The position numbers and the translations under genes were made by a program. Shown piece after piece: positions 37,878 to 47,023 of a stretch of DNA of 64,000 nt (its first letter is position 1; the number at the start of each line of letters is the position of its first letter). The notes below the pieces were generated by a model, which was not told the origin of the DNA, did no database searches, and was given only the letters and a program-made list of their open reading frames with translations. This DNA comes from Bdellovibrionales bacterium (lineage in GTDB: Bacteria; Bdellovibrionota; Bdellovibrionia; Bdellovibrionales; UBA1609). The stretch lies in assembly GCA_965203095.1 (NCBI GenBank), contig OZ241877.1:576001-640000 (forward strand), written 5' to 3'.

Positions 37878-38894
37878 ATGACAACAGAAACTATGAGATA
37901 TGCCATTTGGAACAATAAAGGAGGGGTAGGCAAAACCTTCCTCACTTTTATGCTGTCCTCAGAATATGCTATCAAACATGAAAACAAAAAAATCGTGGTT
38001 GTGGATATGTGCCCGCAAGCCAATCTTTCTGAGATTTTACTTGGCGGAAATGGACCCGGTTCAGAAAAGCTGGAACAATGTATAAAAGAAAAAAAAACAA
38101 TAGGGGAATATATCAACTTAAGAATCGAAAGCCCGCATCAAAAATTAGGAAGAGAAACAGATTTTTTTATAAATGTTTATGAATTTAACAAGGAAATACC
38201 AAAAAATTTATACCTTATAGTGGGTGACCCCCAATTAGAAATTCAAGCCCAAGTAATGAATCAAATAAGCAGTCAGGATCTGCCTGAAAACTCGTGGAAG
38301 AATGTTCATTCTTGGCTTATTGATCTCATCATAGCCGGTGAAAAAAAACATGGCAATACAACAACTTTCATAGATTGTAACCCCAGCTTTTCCTCTTATA
38401 CAGAAATTGCCTTATTGGCGGCTATGAAAATTATCATTCCCTGCTCCAGTGATGGTTCATCTGCAAGGGCTATTGACAACGTGGCCTCTCTTGTATATGG
38501 GCAGAATTTACCGGAAAATTTGAAGTCTGCTAGTTTTTTTACAAAAGCTAAAAAATTCGGCATGAGCCTGCCGGTAATTCATTCTGTTTTGCTAAATCGT
38601 TCCACTCAATATGACAAAAAAGCAAGTAAAGCCTTTGGTGCTATGTTTAAAGAAATCAAAAACAGGGTGGAAAGGTTTAAAGACTCCAATAAACAATGGT
38701 TTCATAGTCATTTTGAATATTTTGATATCCCTGATGCACATTCCCCTGCCATTGTATGTTCTCATAAAGGTCTTCCTATCAGCAAATTAAAAGCAGGACA
38801 CCATAAAGTGCATAAGACAATGCCACAAGTGAATCCAGAACCGTTGAAAAGATATAAAGAAGCTATAAAAAAACTGGTTAATGTTTTAAACTGA
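37878..38894 (+). CDS. ParA/Soj-family ATPase (orphan)
   Basis: Deviant Walker A NNKGGVGKT, VDMCPQANLS, IDCNPS. Confidence 0.85.
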   Translation: MTTETMRYAIWNNKGGVGKTFLTFMLSSEYAIKHENKKIVVVDMCPQANLSEILLGGNGPGSEKLEQCIKEKKTIGEYINLRIESPHQKLGRETDFFINVYEFNKEIPKNLYLIVGDPQLEIQAQVMNQISSQDLPENSWKNVHSWLIDLIIAGEKKHGNTTTFIDCNPSFSSYTEIALLAAMKIIIPCSSDGSSARAIDNVASLVYGQNLPENLKSASFFTKAKKFGMSLPVIHSVLLNRSTQYDKKASKAFGAMFKEIKNRVERFKDSNKQWFHSHFEYFDIPDAHSPAIVCSHKGLPISKLKAGHHKVHKTMPQVNPEPLKRYKEAIKKLVNVLN

Positions 38895-39262
38895 TTAAAA
38901 ATCTTCATTTTTTACTATAAGAAGACCAAGGTGACTAAGGTTTTTTAAATCTGGATCTGATGTTTTGACTTAATAGCCCGGCAAAAAAAGCTTGTTTTCT
39001 TGAAAGCCTTTAAAATTAGGGCTTTCGTTCCGTTTATCCCGTGCCACATTGTGCTGCAATGTCTTTTATGAAAAGATAGCAAAATAATGGGCATGAACCA
39101 AAGCCTTTATTCTGCCTTAAACGAAGCCTAATTCAGTTAATCAAAAAAATCCATAAAACCAACAGCTCAACTAACTCTGAATCTAAGAATATATTGAGAA
39201 ACTAAAACAAAAATTGAAGATCGTTAAATGGAAAGAAACAAAACAAATGAAATAAATTAAAA

Positions 39263-39339
39263 TGGTCGGGGAGACAGGATTTGAACCTGCGACCCCCTGG
39301 TCCCAAACCAGATGCGCTACCGGACTGCGCTACTCCCCG
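39263..39339 (-). tRNA. tRNA-Pro(TGG)
   Basis: CGGGGAGTAGCGCAGTCCGGTAGCGCATCTGGTTTGGGACCAGGGGGTCGCAGGTTCAAATCCTGTCTCCCCGACCA: cloverleaf, TGG anticodon, encoded CCA. Confidence 0.97.
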
Positions 39340-39415
39340 ATAAGAGGGACTATATCAAAAAATCCTATGATTCTGCAAAATAAAAATGCATTGCTTTCAG
39401 TTATATTGATCCTAT

Positions 39416-39470
39416 TTAAAATTTCCGGTCAAAATAGAGTCCAGAAAGTAGGAATTTTTCAAACACAATC
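39416..39470 (-). repeat. Dispersed ~55-bp intergenic repeat (copy 3)
   Basis: Reverse complement reads GATTGTGTTTGAAAAATTCCTACTTTCTGGACTCTATTTTGACCGGAAATTTTAA. Confidence 0.72.
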
Positions 39471-39579
39471 GGTATAAATGTTCGTTTTTTTAAGCTTATT
39501 AAGGGAAATGGACCCCTGTTGGCCTGGGAGCTAAAAAGCGGAGGCTTCTTTTTAGGACAAAGCTGAGCAGGAAGAACCA

Positions 39580-41508
39580 TTATTGAGGCAAGATCCATTT
39601 TAGGTTTTGAAACTCATCGTTTTTGAGTAAGAGTCCATTTTTCTTTTTTCGCTCTCCAAAAAAATAATCTCTGAGGGTAGACATATTTTTATAGGTCACC
39701 TTTTGATTCCCTTTAAAAATTTTGTTTGCTATTCTTTTTTGCCCTTCTTGCCCTTGGTAGCCTTCAGGATAGTGATTTACAAAATCCTCAATTAAGGCTA
39801 AAAACTGGCTGGAAGTTCCGGTTAGGCTTTTCCAAGCCAATTCCTGAAATTGAGATGAGTCTAAAGAGGCAGATACATTGATGAAAGTTCTTAGCATATA
39901 TCCATCTTCATATTTTTCGGCAAAGCGAACATAACCCTCTATACCGATAAACTCTGGTCTCAGTTCCCCCTTTTCATTTAGAATTTTTTCCCTATAAGTT
40001 CGGAATTTAGTAGTAGATCCTTGAAATTGTTGCCAACCGAGTTTTTTTAAAATATCTTTGTCTAATATGGCGGAAACATTGTTAAAAGCTCTGCTCATTT
40101 TTCCATCTTCGTATTTTTCCGTAAAGTGTGCATAGCCTGCCATACCGGTAAATTCTGGTCGCAATTCCTCACTTTTTGGATCCAGTATTTTTTCTCTATA
40201 AGCTCGGAATGTGGCTATACTCCCATGAAAGGCTTTCCATCTTAACCCTTGGAACTGTTTTTTACTTAGAATAGCGGAAACATTGCTAAAAGCTGTTCGC
40301 ATGGCCCCATCTTCATATTTTTCGGCAAAGTGAGCATATCCATCTATGCCGATAAATTCTGGCCTCAGCTTTCCTTCTTGATCTAAAATTTTGTTTCTAT
40401 AAGACTTAAATTTTTCTACATTTCCGTGAAATTGTTGCCAGCCTAAGTTTTTAAACTGTTCTCTATTCAAGACAGAAGAGACATTAAAAAAACTTTTATG
40501 CATATTTCCATCTGCATATTTTTCGGCAAAGCGAGCATAGCCTTCCATACCTACAAACTCCATTCTAAAAGAACCATCCTCATGCAAAATTTTAGATTTT
40601 TGCCTTCTAAATTCTCTCACATCCCCTCTAAAAATAGACCAACCTAATTTTTTAAACAAAGCTTTATCTAAAACAGCAGATACACTGCCAAAAGCTTTAT
40701 GCATTTTTCCTTCTTCGTAAAGGTCTGCAAAGCGAACATAGCCCTCCATCCCGATAAATTCTGGCCTGAGCCTCCCCTCTTCATCAAGGATTTTAGATTT
40801 ATAAGATCTAAACTCCAGCACAGATCCATAAAAGCTTTTCCAGCCTAAGTTTTTAAAGTCAATTTTATCAAGAATAACAGACACATTTTTAAAAGCTTTA
40901 TGCATTTTTCCTTCTTCGTAAAGGTCTGCGAAGCGAGCATAGCCCTCTATCCCGATAAACTCTGGCCTCAGCTTTCCCGTTTCATTCAGAATTTTCTCTC
41001 TATAAGTCCGGAATTTAGTAGTAGATCCGTAAAATTGTTGCCAGCCGAGTTTTTTAAACAGAGTTTTATTCAAGACAGCAGATACATTGCCAAAAGCTTT
41101 ATGCATTTTTCCTTCTTCGTAAAGGTCTGCAAAGCGAACATAGCCCTCTATCCCGATAAACTCTAACCTCAGCTCCCCTTTTTCATTTAGAATTTTTTCC
41201 CTATAAGCTCTATATTGCTTTACATTGCCGGCAAAATATTGCCAACCGAGTTTTTTAAACAGAGTTTTTTTCAGAGTAGTAGAAACATTGTTAAAAACCG
41301 TTTGCATGGATCTATATCCATTTTGTTCGGCAAAGAGGGCATAGCCCTCCATACCTTGAAATTCTGGGCGGGGCTGTCCTTTTTCATCAAGGATTTTACT
41401 TGTTAGCCTTTGAAAAACTGTGGAACATGCTGTGGGAACTGTTGAGGGATGAGCGAAAAGAGAATAAAAAGCCAAAAAAAGAAATAAGATAAGATTTTTA
41501 AAGTTCAT
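39580..41508 (-). CDS. Secreted protein with eight 67-aa tandem repeats plus a degenerate ninth (family not recognised)
   Basis: Signal peptide; unit KIL.E.G.LRPEF.G.EGY..FA..Y..G.M...F.NVS..L....FK.LGW..F.G....FR.Y; 201-bp DNA period. Confidence 0.9.
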   Translation of the reverse strand: MNFKNLILFLFLAFYSLFAHPSTVPTACSTVFQRLTSKILDEKGQPRPEFQGMEGYALFAEQNGYRSMQTVFNNVSTTLKKTLFKKLGWQYFAGNVKQYRAYREKILNEKGELRLEFIGIEGYVRFADLYEEGKMHKAFGNVSAVLNKTLFKKLGWQQFYGSTTKFRTYREKILNETGKLRPEFIGIEGYARFADLYEEGKMHKAFKNVSVILDKIDFKNLGWKSFYGSVLEFRSYKSKILDEEGRLRPEFIGMEGYVRFADLYEEGKMHKAFGSVSAVLDKALFKKLGWSIFRGDVREFRRQKSKILHEDGSFRMEFVGMEGYARFAEKYADGNMHKSFFNVSSVLNREQFKNLGWQQFHGNVEKFKSYRNKILDQEGKLRPEFIGIDGYAHFAEKYEDGAMRTAFSNVSAILSKKQFQGLRWKAFHGSIATFRAYREKILDPKSEELRPEFTGMAGYAHFTEKYEDGKMSRAFNNVSAILDKDILKKLGWQQFQGSTTKFRTYREKILNEKGELRPEFIGIEGYVRFAEKYEDGYMLRTFINVSASLDSSQFQELAWKSLTGTSSQFLALIEDFVNHYPEGYQGQEGQKRIANKIFKGNQKVTYKNMSTLRDYFFGERKKKNGLLLKNDEFQNLKWILPQ

Positions 41509-41627
41509 ATTTTTATTTACCTGTAAAAACTCTTATTAAAAAGCTCTGGATTTTTAACTGTCGTGAAAACAAAAATCCAAATACCTTGCTTTGCAAAAAA
41601 AAACCATTTTCACAATGTCTGGCTTTC

Positions 41628-41654
41628 CTGGATTCCCATTTTCACGGGAATGAC
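41628..41654 (-). repeat. REP-like palindrome (same family)
   Basis: CTGGATTCCCATTTTCACGGGAATGAC. Confidence 0.78.
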
Positions 41655-41843
41655 AGACCTGGCAGGAACAATGGGAATCCACCCGACAAAACCCATAGCC
41701 ATAGAGCAAAACCCTACAAAAAGGTCTCTACTCTCTTAAGTTTTGCAAGCTATAGCAAGCAAAAATAGATTTTTCAATAATTTTGAAAAAAATTCCTTCT
41801 TTTTCTTGATTCTTACCTTTATATTTGTTAAGAGCTTTTAGGG

Positions 41844-41866
41844 AAGAGGGCTAAAACCCTCTTTTT
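41844..41866 (+). promoter_or_regulatory. rimP leader hairpin with U-tract (attenuator-like)
   Basis: AAGAGGG-CTAAAA-CCCTCTT-TTT just before rimP; similar hairpins precede rimP-nusA in many bacteria. Confidence 0.55.
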
Positions 41867-41869
41867 CTA

Positions 41870-42451
41870 ATGTTTTCTAATGAATGGAGGGATGTTTTGA
41901 CAGAATTTTTAAAAATTAAAGAAATCACCAGTCAAGCTGTCCGGCAAAATGACTGCCGAGTTTATGATATTTATAAGCACAGGGATCGTTTGCAGGTGTT
42001 TATTGATAAACAATCAAAAGAGCATGTTGTGAATCTAAAAGACTGTGAAAATGTTTTCCATAGTCTGCGATTCCTCCTTCGCTCAGCTTTGCCTCATATT
42101 TTAGAAAAGCGGTATTTAGAGGTATCCACCCCAGGGATAGAAAAGCCACTGAGAGAAAAATGGCATTTTGAAGAATCCATTGGCGAGCGGATTCAACTCA
42201 GCACAAATTCCCCCATTACGGCTCAAAACCGGAAAACGGGGGTAAGATTTCGCTCTCAGTCTTTTAAGGCTCAATTAATTTCTGTATCCCAGCAAAAACT
42301 CAATTTACAGAACCCCTTTATGGAATGTGAAGTGCCTTTTTCCGAAATAAAATCCGCCCGATTGCTTTTCCCTTTTAAAAACTCAGCCTCTTTTTCCACA
42401 AAAAAAAGAGGAATACAAAACAAAAAACGAGGAGGTTCTCATGTCTCTTGA
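41870..42451 (+). CDS. rimP: Ribosome maturation factor RimP
   Basis: LQVFIDK, LKDCE, YLEVSTPGIEKPL; lies before nusA. Confidence 0.88.
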   Translation: MFSNEWRDVLTEFLKIKEITSQAVRQNDCRVYDIYKHRDRLQVFIDKQSKEHVVNLKDCENVFHSLRFLLRSALPHILEKRYLEVSTPGIEKPLREKWHFEESIGERIQLSTNSPITAQNRKTGVRFRSQSFKAQLISVSQQKLNLQNPFMECEVPFSEIKSARLLFPFKNSASFSTKKRGIQNKKRGGSHVS

Positions 42452-44195
42452 TTTTTTATCCAACTTGGGCCGTGTCATTCAGCAGGTCAGTAAGGACAAA
42501 GGCGTCAGCCAGGAGGTGGTAATTAACTCTGTGGTTCAGGGAGTTTTATCCGCCGTGAGGAAAAAGTATGGAACTTACCGGGACATTGAAGTCAAATACA
42601 ACGAACAAACAGGCGAGTTAGAGCTTTTCGAGTTTAAAAAAGTAGTTCCCGATGAAGAGTTTGAAGATGAGATGATAGAGATCAAATACAGCACTGCCAA
42701 AGATTTAGATCCCTCAGCCCATTTAGGAGATCAAATTGGTGCCCGTTTGGATCTCAAAGACTTAGGTAGAATTGACGCTCAAGCCGCTAAGCAAATTATC
42801 ATTCAAAATTTAAGAAGTATTGAGCATGAGATCATTTTTAACGAGTTTGAAAAACGAAAAGGAGAGATAGCCAGTGGTGTAGTTCGCCGAGCTGATCCCG
42901 GTATGATTGTTGTGGATCTGGAAAAAACAGAAGCTTATATCCCCAGAAAAGAGCAGATCCCCGGAGAGCAATACAAATCCGGAGATCGCATTCAAGGCTA
43001 TCTTTTAGAAGTGCGACAAACCACAAGAGGCCCTCAAATTATTATGTCCCGATCACATGAGCAGTATTTGATTAAACTTTTTGAAGCAGAGGTGCCGGAA
43101 GTGAGTGAAGGAATTGTGAAAATTGTCTCCGCCGCCAGAGAACCGGGGCAAAGGGCAAAGATGTCTGTCTATAGCACAGATCCTGCTGTGCATCCTGTGG
43201 GATCTTGTGTAGGAGTTAAGGGAAGTCGTGTTCAAAATATTACTCAGGAGCTTAAAGGGGAAAGGGTGGATGTGATTATATGGGAGGAGGATACCGTTCA
43301 GTATATTTGCAATGCCTTAGCTCCAGCTAAAATTTTAAAAATTTTAATGGATGAAGATCAAAAACAAATGCAGATCATTGTTCCTGATGATCAGTTGTCT
43401 TTAGCTATTGGAAAAAAGGGGCAAAATGTCCGTTTGGCCTCTAAGTTGACGGGATGGAGTTTAAATTTAATCTCAGAAGAGGAATCCAAACAGGCGAAAA
43501 AAGAGGCTTTGTTCAATTTGTCTTTACTGCCAGAGCTGTCTGAAACAAAAGCACAAATCTTATTTCAATACGGTTATTCTAATTTGAAACAGCTGTCCGA
43601 GGCCAGCCCCTCTGAGTTTAAATCCATTCCAGAATTTGAGAATGAGAGCAAAGCCAAAGAGCTTATTCAATCAGCTAAAAACCTACTTAAAAAATACGCT
43701 AAAGAAGGGAAAGAATTACCTAAGCTGGAAGACTCTCAAAAGGATAAAAAGCCTTTGTCCTCCCATCTCAAAGAGCAAGCAGAAGAGATTTTAAAAAGGG
43801 AATTGGCCCAGTTAGAGGGGGAAAAAGCCAATAAAACAGAGGAAGAGGCAAAAACAAATCCTGTGGGAGAGAAGGAAAGCCATAAACCAAAAGATCCATC
43901 GGTTTTAGCAAAGGAGGCGGAAAGCTCTCAAAAAGAATTAAAAGAAGATAAACCCACTGCTGAAAAAACAGAAGAACTATCAGAAAAAAAGACAAAAGAA
44001 GCTTTAGAAAAAAACAAAGTGAAAGAGCAAAAAGAAGATAAACCCACCGCTGAAAAAACAGAAAAACCATCAGAAAAAAAGACAAAGAAGACTTTAGAAA
44101 ACAAAACGGAAGAGAAAAAACCAGAGGATAGCACTAAAGAATCTACAACAACTAAAGATAAAAAGCTGTCCTCAAATAAAAAAAATGAGGGATAA
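42441..44195 (+). CDS. nusA: Transcription termination factor NusA with a long Lys/Glu-rich C-terminal tail
   Basis: GRIDAQAAKQ, S1 domain, AREPGQRAK, SLAIGKKGQNVRLA. Confidence 0.96.
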   Translation: MSLDFLSNLGRVIQQVSKDKGVSQEVVINSVVQGVLSAVRKKYGTYRDIEVKYNEQTGELELFEFKKVVPDEEFEDEMIEIKYSTAKDLDPSAHLGDQIGARLDLKDLGRIDAQAAKQIIIQNLRSIEHEIIFNEFEKRKGEIASGVVRRADPGMIVVDLEKTEAYIPRKEQIPGEQYKSGDRIQGYLLEVRQTTRGPQIIMSRSHEQYLIKLFEAEVPEVSEGIVKIVSAAREPGQRAKMSVYSTDPAVHPVGSCVGVKGSRVQNITQELKGERVDVIIWEEDTVQYICNALAPAKILKILMDEDQKQMQIIVPDDQLSLAIGKKGQNVRLASKLTGWSLNLISEEESKQAKKEALFNLSLLPELSETKAQILFQYGYSNLKQLSEASPSEFKSIPEFENESKAKELIQSAKNLLKKYAKEGKELPKLEDSQKDKKPLSSHLKEQAEEILKRELAQLEGEKANKTEEEAKTNPVGEKESHKPKDPSVLAKEAESSQKELKEDKPTAEKTEELSEKKTKEALEKNKVKEQKEDKPTAEKTEKPSEKKTKKTLENKTEEKKPEDSTKESTTTKDKKLSSNKKNEG

Positions 44196-46695
44196 AAAAT
44201 TTATGAAAGTTTATGAGTTGGCTAAAAAATTAGAAGTCAAAAGTGTTTTTTTAATGGACAAGATCCGGAAAGAGTGGAAGCTCCCTGTGAGAACTCACAT
44301 GGAATCTCTCACTCCGGAAATGGCTAAAAAAATTGAGAAAAAGTTTTACGCCACTCAAAGGTTAAAGAATCCTCCTCTTAAAAAAACTAAAAAGCCAGTC
44401 AAGAAACTGGTCAAAAAAACCCGCGTTGCTAAAAAAAAGCCATCATCCTCCACCACTAAAAAGTCAACTATTAAAAAGCAAAGCTCTGCACCATTGGAAA
44501 GCCCTCCACCAATAGAGGAAAAAACAAAACAGCAGGAAAAACCTTCGCCTCAAAAAAAAATTATAATCCGCCGTAAGGCGAAAGAGACTCAGCCTGTAAA
44601 GCGTCGTCCAACCGCTAAATCAAGCTCTCCAAAAGTTTCAAAACCAAAACAAAAACTTACTCCAGGTGCTCTTGCCAGTTCTAAAAGTATTCGTATGGAT
44701 CTGGTTTCTGTTAAAAGTAGAGATCCTTTGGACGAAAGTTTTTGGGATAAAACGGAAGAAGAGGAAAAGCCAGTTCAAAAACAACCTAAAAAACCTCTGG
44801 CAGAAAAAGATCTTTCGTCCAAATTCCACGCGACAGACTTCAGAAAAAGGGAAGTGATTTTTCAACCCAGGAAAAAACGAATGGCCCTTACTGGAGACTT
44901 CAAAAGCACTATCATCACTACCCCTAAATCCCATAAAAGAGTCATAAAAGTTTATGGGGAAATGAGTATAGAGAACCTTTGTAAAAAAATGGGAATAAAA
45001 AGGAGATCTCTTATTAAAAAACTCAAAGAGGAGGGGGTAGATTTTAAAGAGCTTTCTGTTTTGGATTTTGATACCATTGCCCTTATTGTTCCCTCTTTTG
45101 GCTTTGAGGCCAAAAACACAAAAACAACAGAAGAGGAAATTTTAAAGCGGATGGAAAGCCCCACAACTCATAAAGAGCTACAGCTTAAACCCCCAGTGGT
45201 GACTGTTATGGGCCATGTCGATCACGGGAAAACCACTCTGTTAGATAAAATTAGGAAAACCAAAGTGGCTGAAGGAGAAAGTGGAGGTATTACCCAGCAT
45301 ATTGGAGCTTACAGTGTTTCTTGGGAAGGAAAGCCCATCACTTTTATAGATACCCCTGGCCATGAGGCTTTTACGGCTATCCGTTCCCGCGGTGTTCAGG
45401 TGACAGATATTGTGGTTCTTCTTGTTTCCGCAGTGGATGGGGTCCAACCACAAACTTTAGAGGCTTTAAATCATGCACAAGCTGGAAAAAGCCCTGTCAT
45501 TATCGCCATCAGTAAAATGGATGCCCCAGGGGCTAATCCTGACAAAATCAAAAAACAGCTGGCCGATCGAGGGCTTACTCCTGAAGACTGGGGAGGGGAC
45601 ACCAGTTTTATCCCTATATCCTCTATTAAAGGTGAGGGGATTAAAGAGTTGTTGGAGCAAATTCAAATTTTAGCGGAACTACAGGAGTTAAAATACCAAA
45701 GTTCAGCTCCGGGCAGTGGTGTGGTTTTAGAGGCAAGAAAAGACAAAGGCTCAGGTGCTGTAGTCAGCCTTTTGTTAAAAGATGGAACTCTTAAAACAGG
45801 GCAACACATTGTGGCTGGAGAACAATTAGGAAAGGTCCGCCAGATGAAAGACGATCAGGGAAAAGTGATCTCCACTGTAAGAGCTGGTTTTCCGGTGGAG
45901 GTGATGGGTTTTTCTGATCTCCCTCAAGCCGGTGATAGCTTTTGTGTTGTGACGGACAGTAAAACAGCTAAAAATATTTTGCTTTTAAGAAGAGACAAAG
46001 GCCAGGCGGAACAAGTCGCCCCAGCCCCACTTTCCCCAGAGGAATTATTATTAAAAATGCAAAGTCTTGATGAGGAAAGGCGAGACCTAAATCTTATCGT
46101 TAAAGCCGATAGGGAAGGCAGTTTAGAAGCTCTAAAAAACAGTTTGGAAAAACTTCCCTCAAAAGAAGTTTCAGCAAAAGTCATTCACTCCGGGACAGGA
46201 GCTATTACGGAAAGCGATGTCCTTTTGGCCTTTACAGTTTCCGGTATTGTTTTGGGTTTTAATGTTCGCCCTGATGGGAAAACGGCACGCGTGGCTAAGG
46301 AGAAATCTGTTGATATTCACACAGGTTCTGTAATTTATAAACTCTTAGATCAGGTCCGAACACTTATGTTGGGCCTTTTAAAAGATGAATTTGTGGAAGA
46401 GGACCAAGGCTCAGCTGAGGTGCGAGAGATCTTTCATATTTCCAAAGCGGGAACAGTGGCGGGCTGTTATGTGACTGAGGGGCAAATACTCCGATCTTCT
46501 TTAATCCGATTGGTTCGTGATGGGCGGGTAATGTATGACGGGGCTTTATCCAGCCTCAAACGGTTTAAAGATGATGTTCAAAAAGTGGGAGAGGGTTTAG
46601 AGTGTGGTATGACTTTAAAAAATTTTAATGACATAAAACCAAAGGATATTTTATCCGCCTACACGAAAAAGAAAAAAATTAGAACAGAGCTTTAA
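44185..46695 (+). CDS. infB: Translation initiation factor IF-2
   Basis: KVYELAK, VMGHVDHGKTTLLD, GGITQHIGAY, DTPGHEAF, SSLKRFKDD. Confidence 0.97.
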   Translation: MRDKKFMKVYELAKKLEVKSVFLMDKIRKEWKLPVRTHMESLTPEMAKKIEKKFYATQRLKNPPLKKTKKPVKKLVKKTRVAKKKPSSSTTKKSTIKKQSSAPLESPPPIEEKTKQQEKPSPQKKIIIRRKAKETQPVKRRPTAKSSSPKVSKPKQKLTPGALASSKSIRMDLVSVKSRDPLDESFWDKTEEEEKPVQKQPKKPLAEKDLSSKFHATDFRKREVIFQPRKKRMALTGDFKSTIITTPKSHKRVIKVYGEMSIENLCKKMGIKRRSLIKKLKEEGVDFKELSVLDFDTIALIVPSFGFEAKNTKTTEEEILKRMESPTTHKELQLKPPVVTVMGHVDHGKTTLLDKIRKTKVAEGESGGITQHIGAYSVSWEGKPITFIDTPGHEAFTAIRSRGVQVTDIVVLLVSAVDGVQPQTLEALNHAQAGKSPVIIAISKMDAPGANPDKIKKQLADRGLTPEDWGGDTSFIPISSIKGEGIKELLEQIQILAELQELKYQSSAPGSGVVLEARKDKGSGAVVSLLLKDGTLKTGQHIVAGEQLGKVRQMKDDQGKVISTVRAGFPVEVMGFSDLPQAGDSFCVVTDSKTAKNILLLRRDKGQAEQVAPAPLSPEELLLKMQSLDEERRDLNLIVKADREGSLEALKNSLEKLPSKEVSAKVIHSGTGAITESDVLLAFTVSGIVLGFNVRPDGKTARVAKEKSVDIHTGSVIYKLLDQVRTLMLGLLKDEFVEEDQGSAEVREIFHISKAGTVAGCYVTEGQILRSSLIRLVRDGRVMYDGALSSLKRFKDDVQKVGEGLECGMTLKNFNDIKPKDILSAYTKKKKIRTEL

Positions 46696-46719
46696 CTTTT
46701 ATTCTTAAGAGGAAGTATT

Positions 46720-47001
46720 ATGGATCCATCTGTTTTAAAGCTGAGCGAACAGGAGTTAAAAGCTCTTATCGAAAAAGGGGAAAGTGAAAATGTAGAATTT
46801 TGCGAATCCCCGAAAGACAAAGATAAAATTGCTAAAGCGATATGTGCCTTCTCCAATAATATCGCTGATTTAGGCTTTGTGGAACGGTTTGGCTTTGGCT
46901 TGCCTCAAGCCCGAAAAGCCCTTAAGGAAAATGGAAATCCAGAATTGGAGTTAAAAGCAGAACTTTCTTTTATTTGTGCTTTTGTGAAAAAAGCCTCTTA
47001 A
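46720..47001 (+). pseudogene. Internally deleted AlbA_2 (Schlafen-like)/HATPase_c_4 regulator remnant, frame preserved
   Basis: N-terminal GESENVEF...IAKAICAFSN joined directly to C-terminal LGFVERFGFGL...ENGNP. Confidence 0.7.
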
Positions 47002-47023
47002 ATACTCATGGATTTTAATTGGT

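Noticed and set aside
39262..39477. 71-aa ORF MVGETGFEPAT...
   Set aside because: Antisense reading of tRNA-Pro
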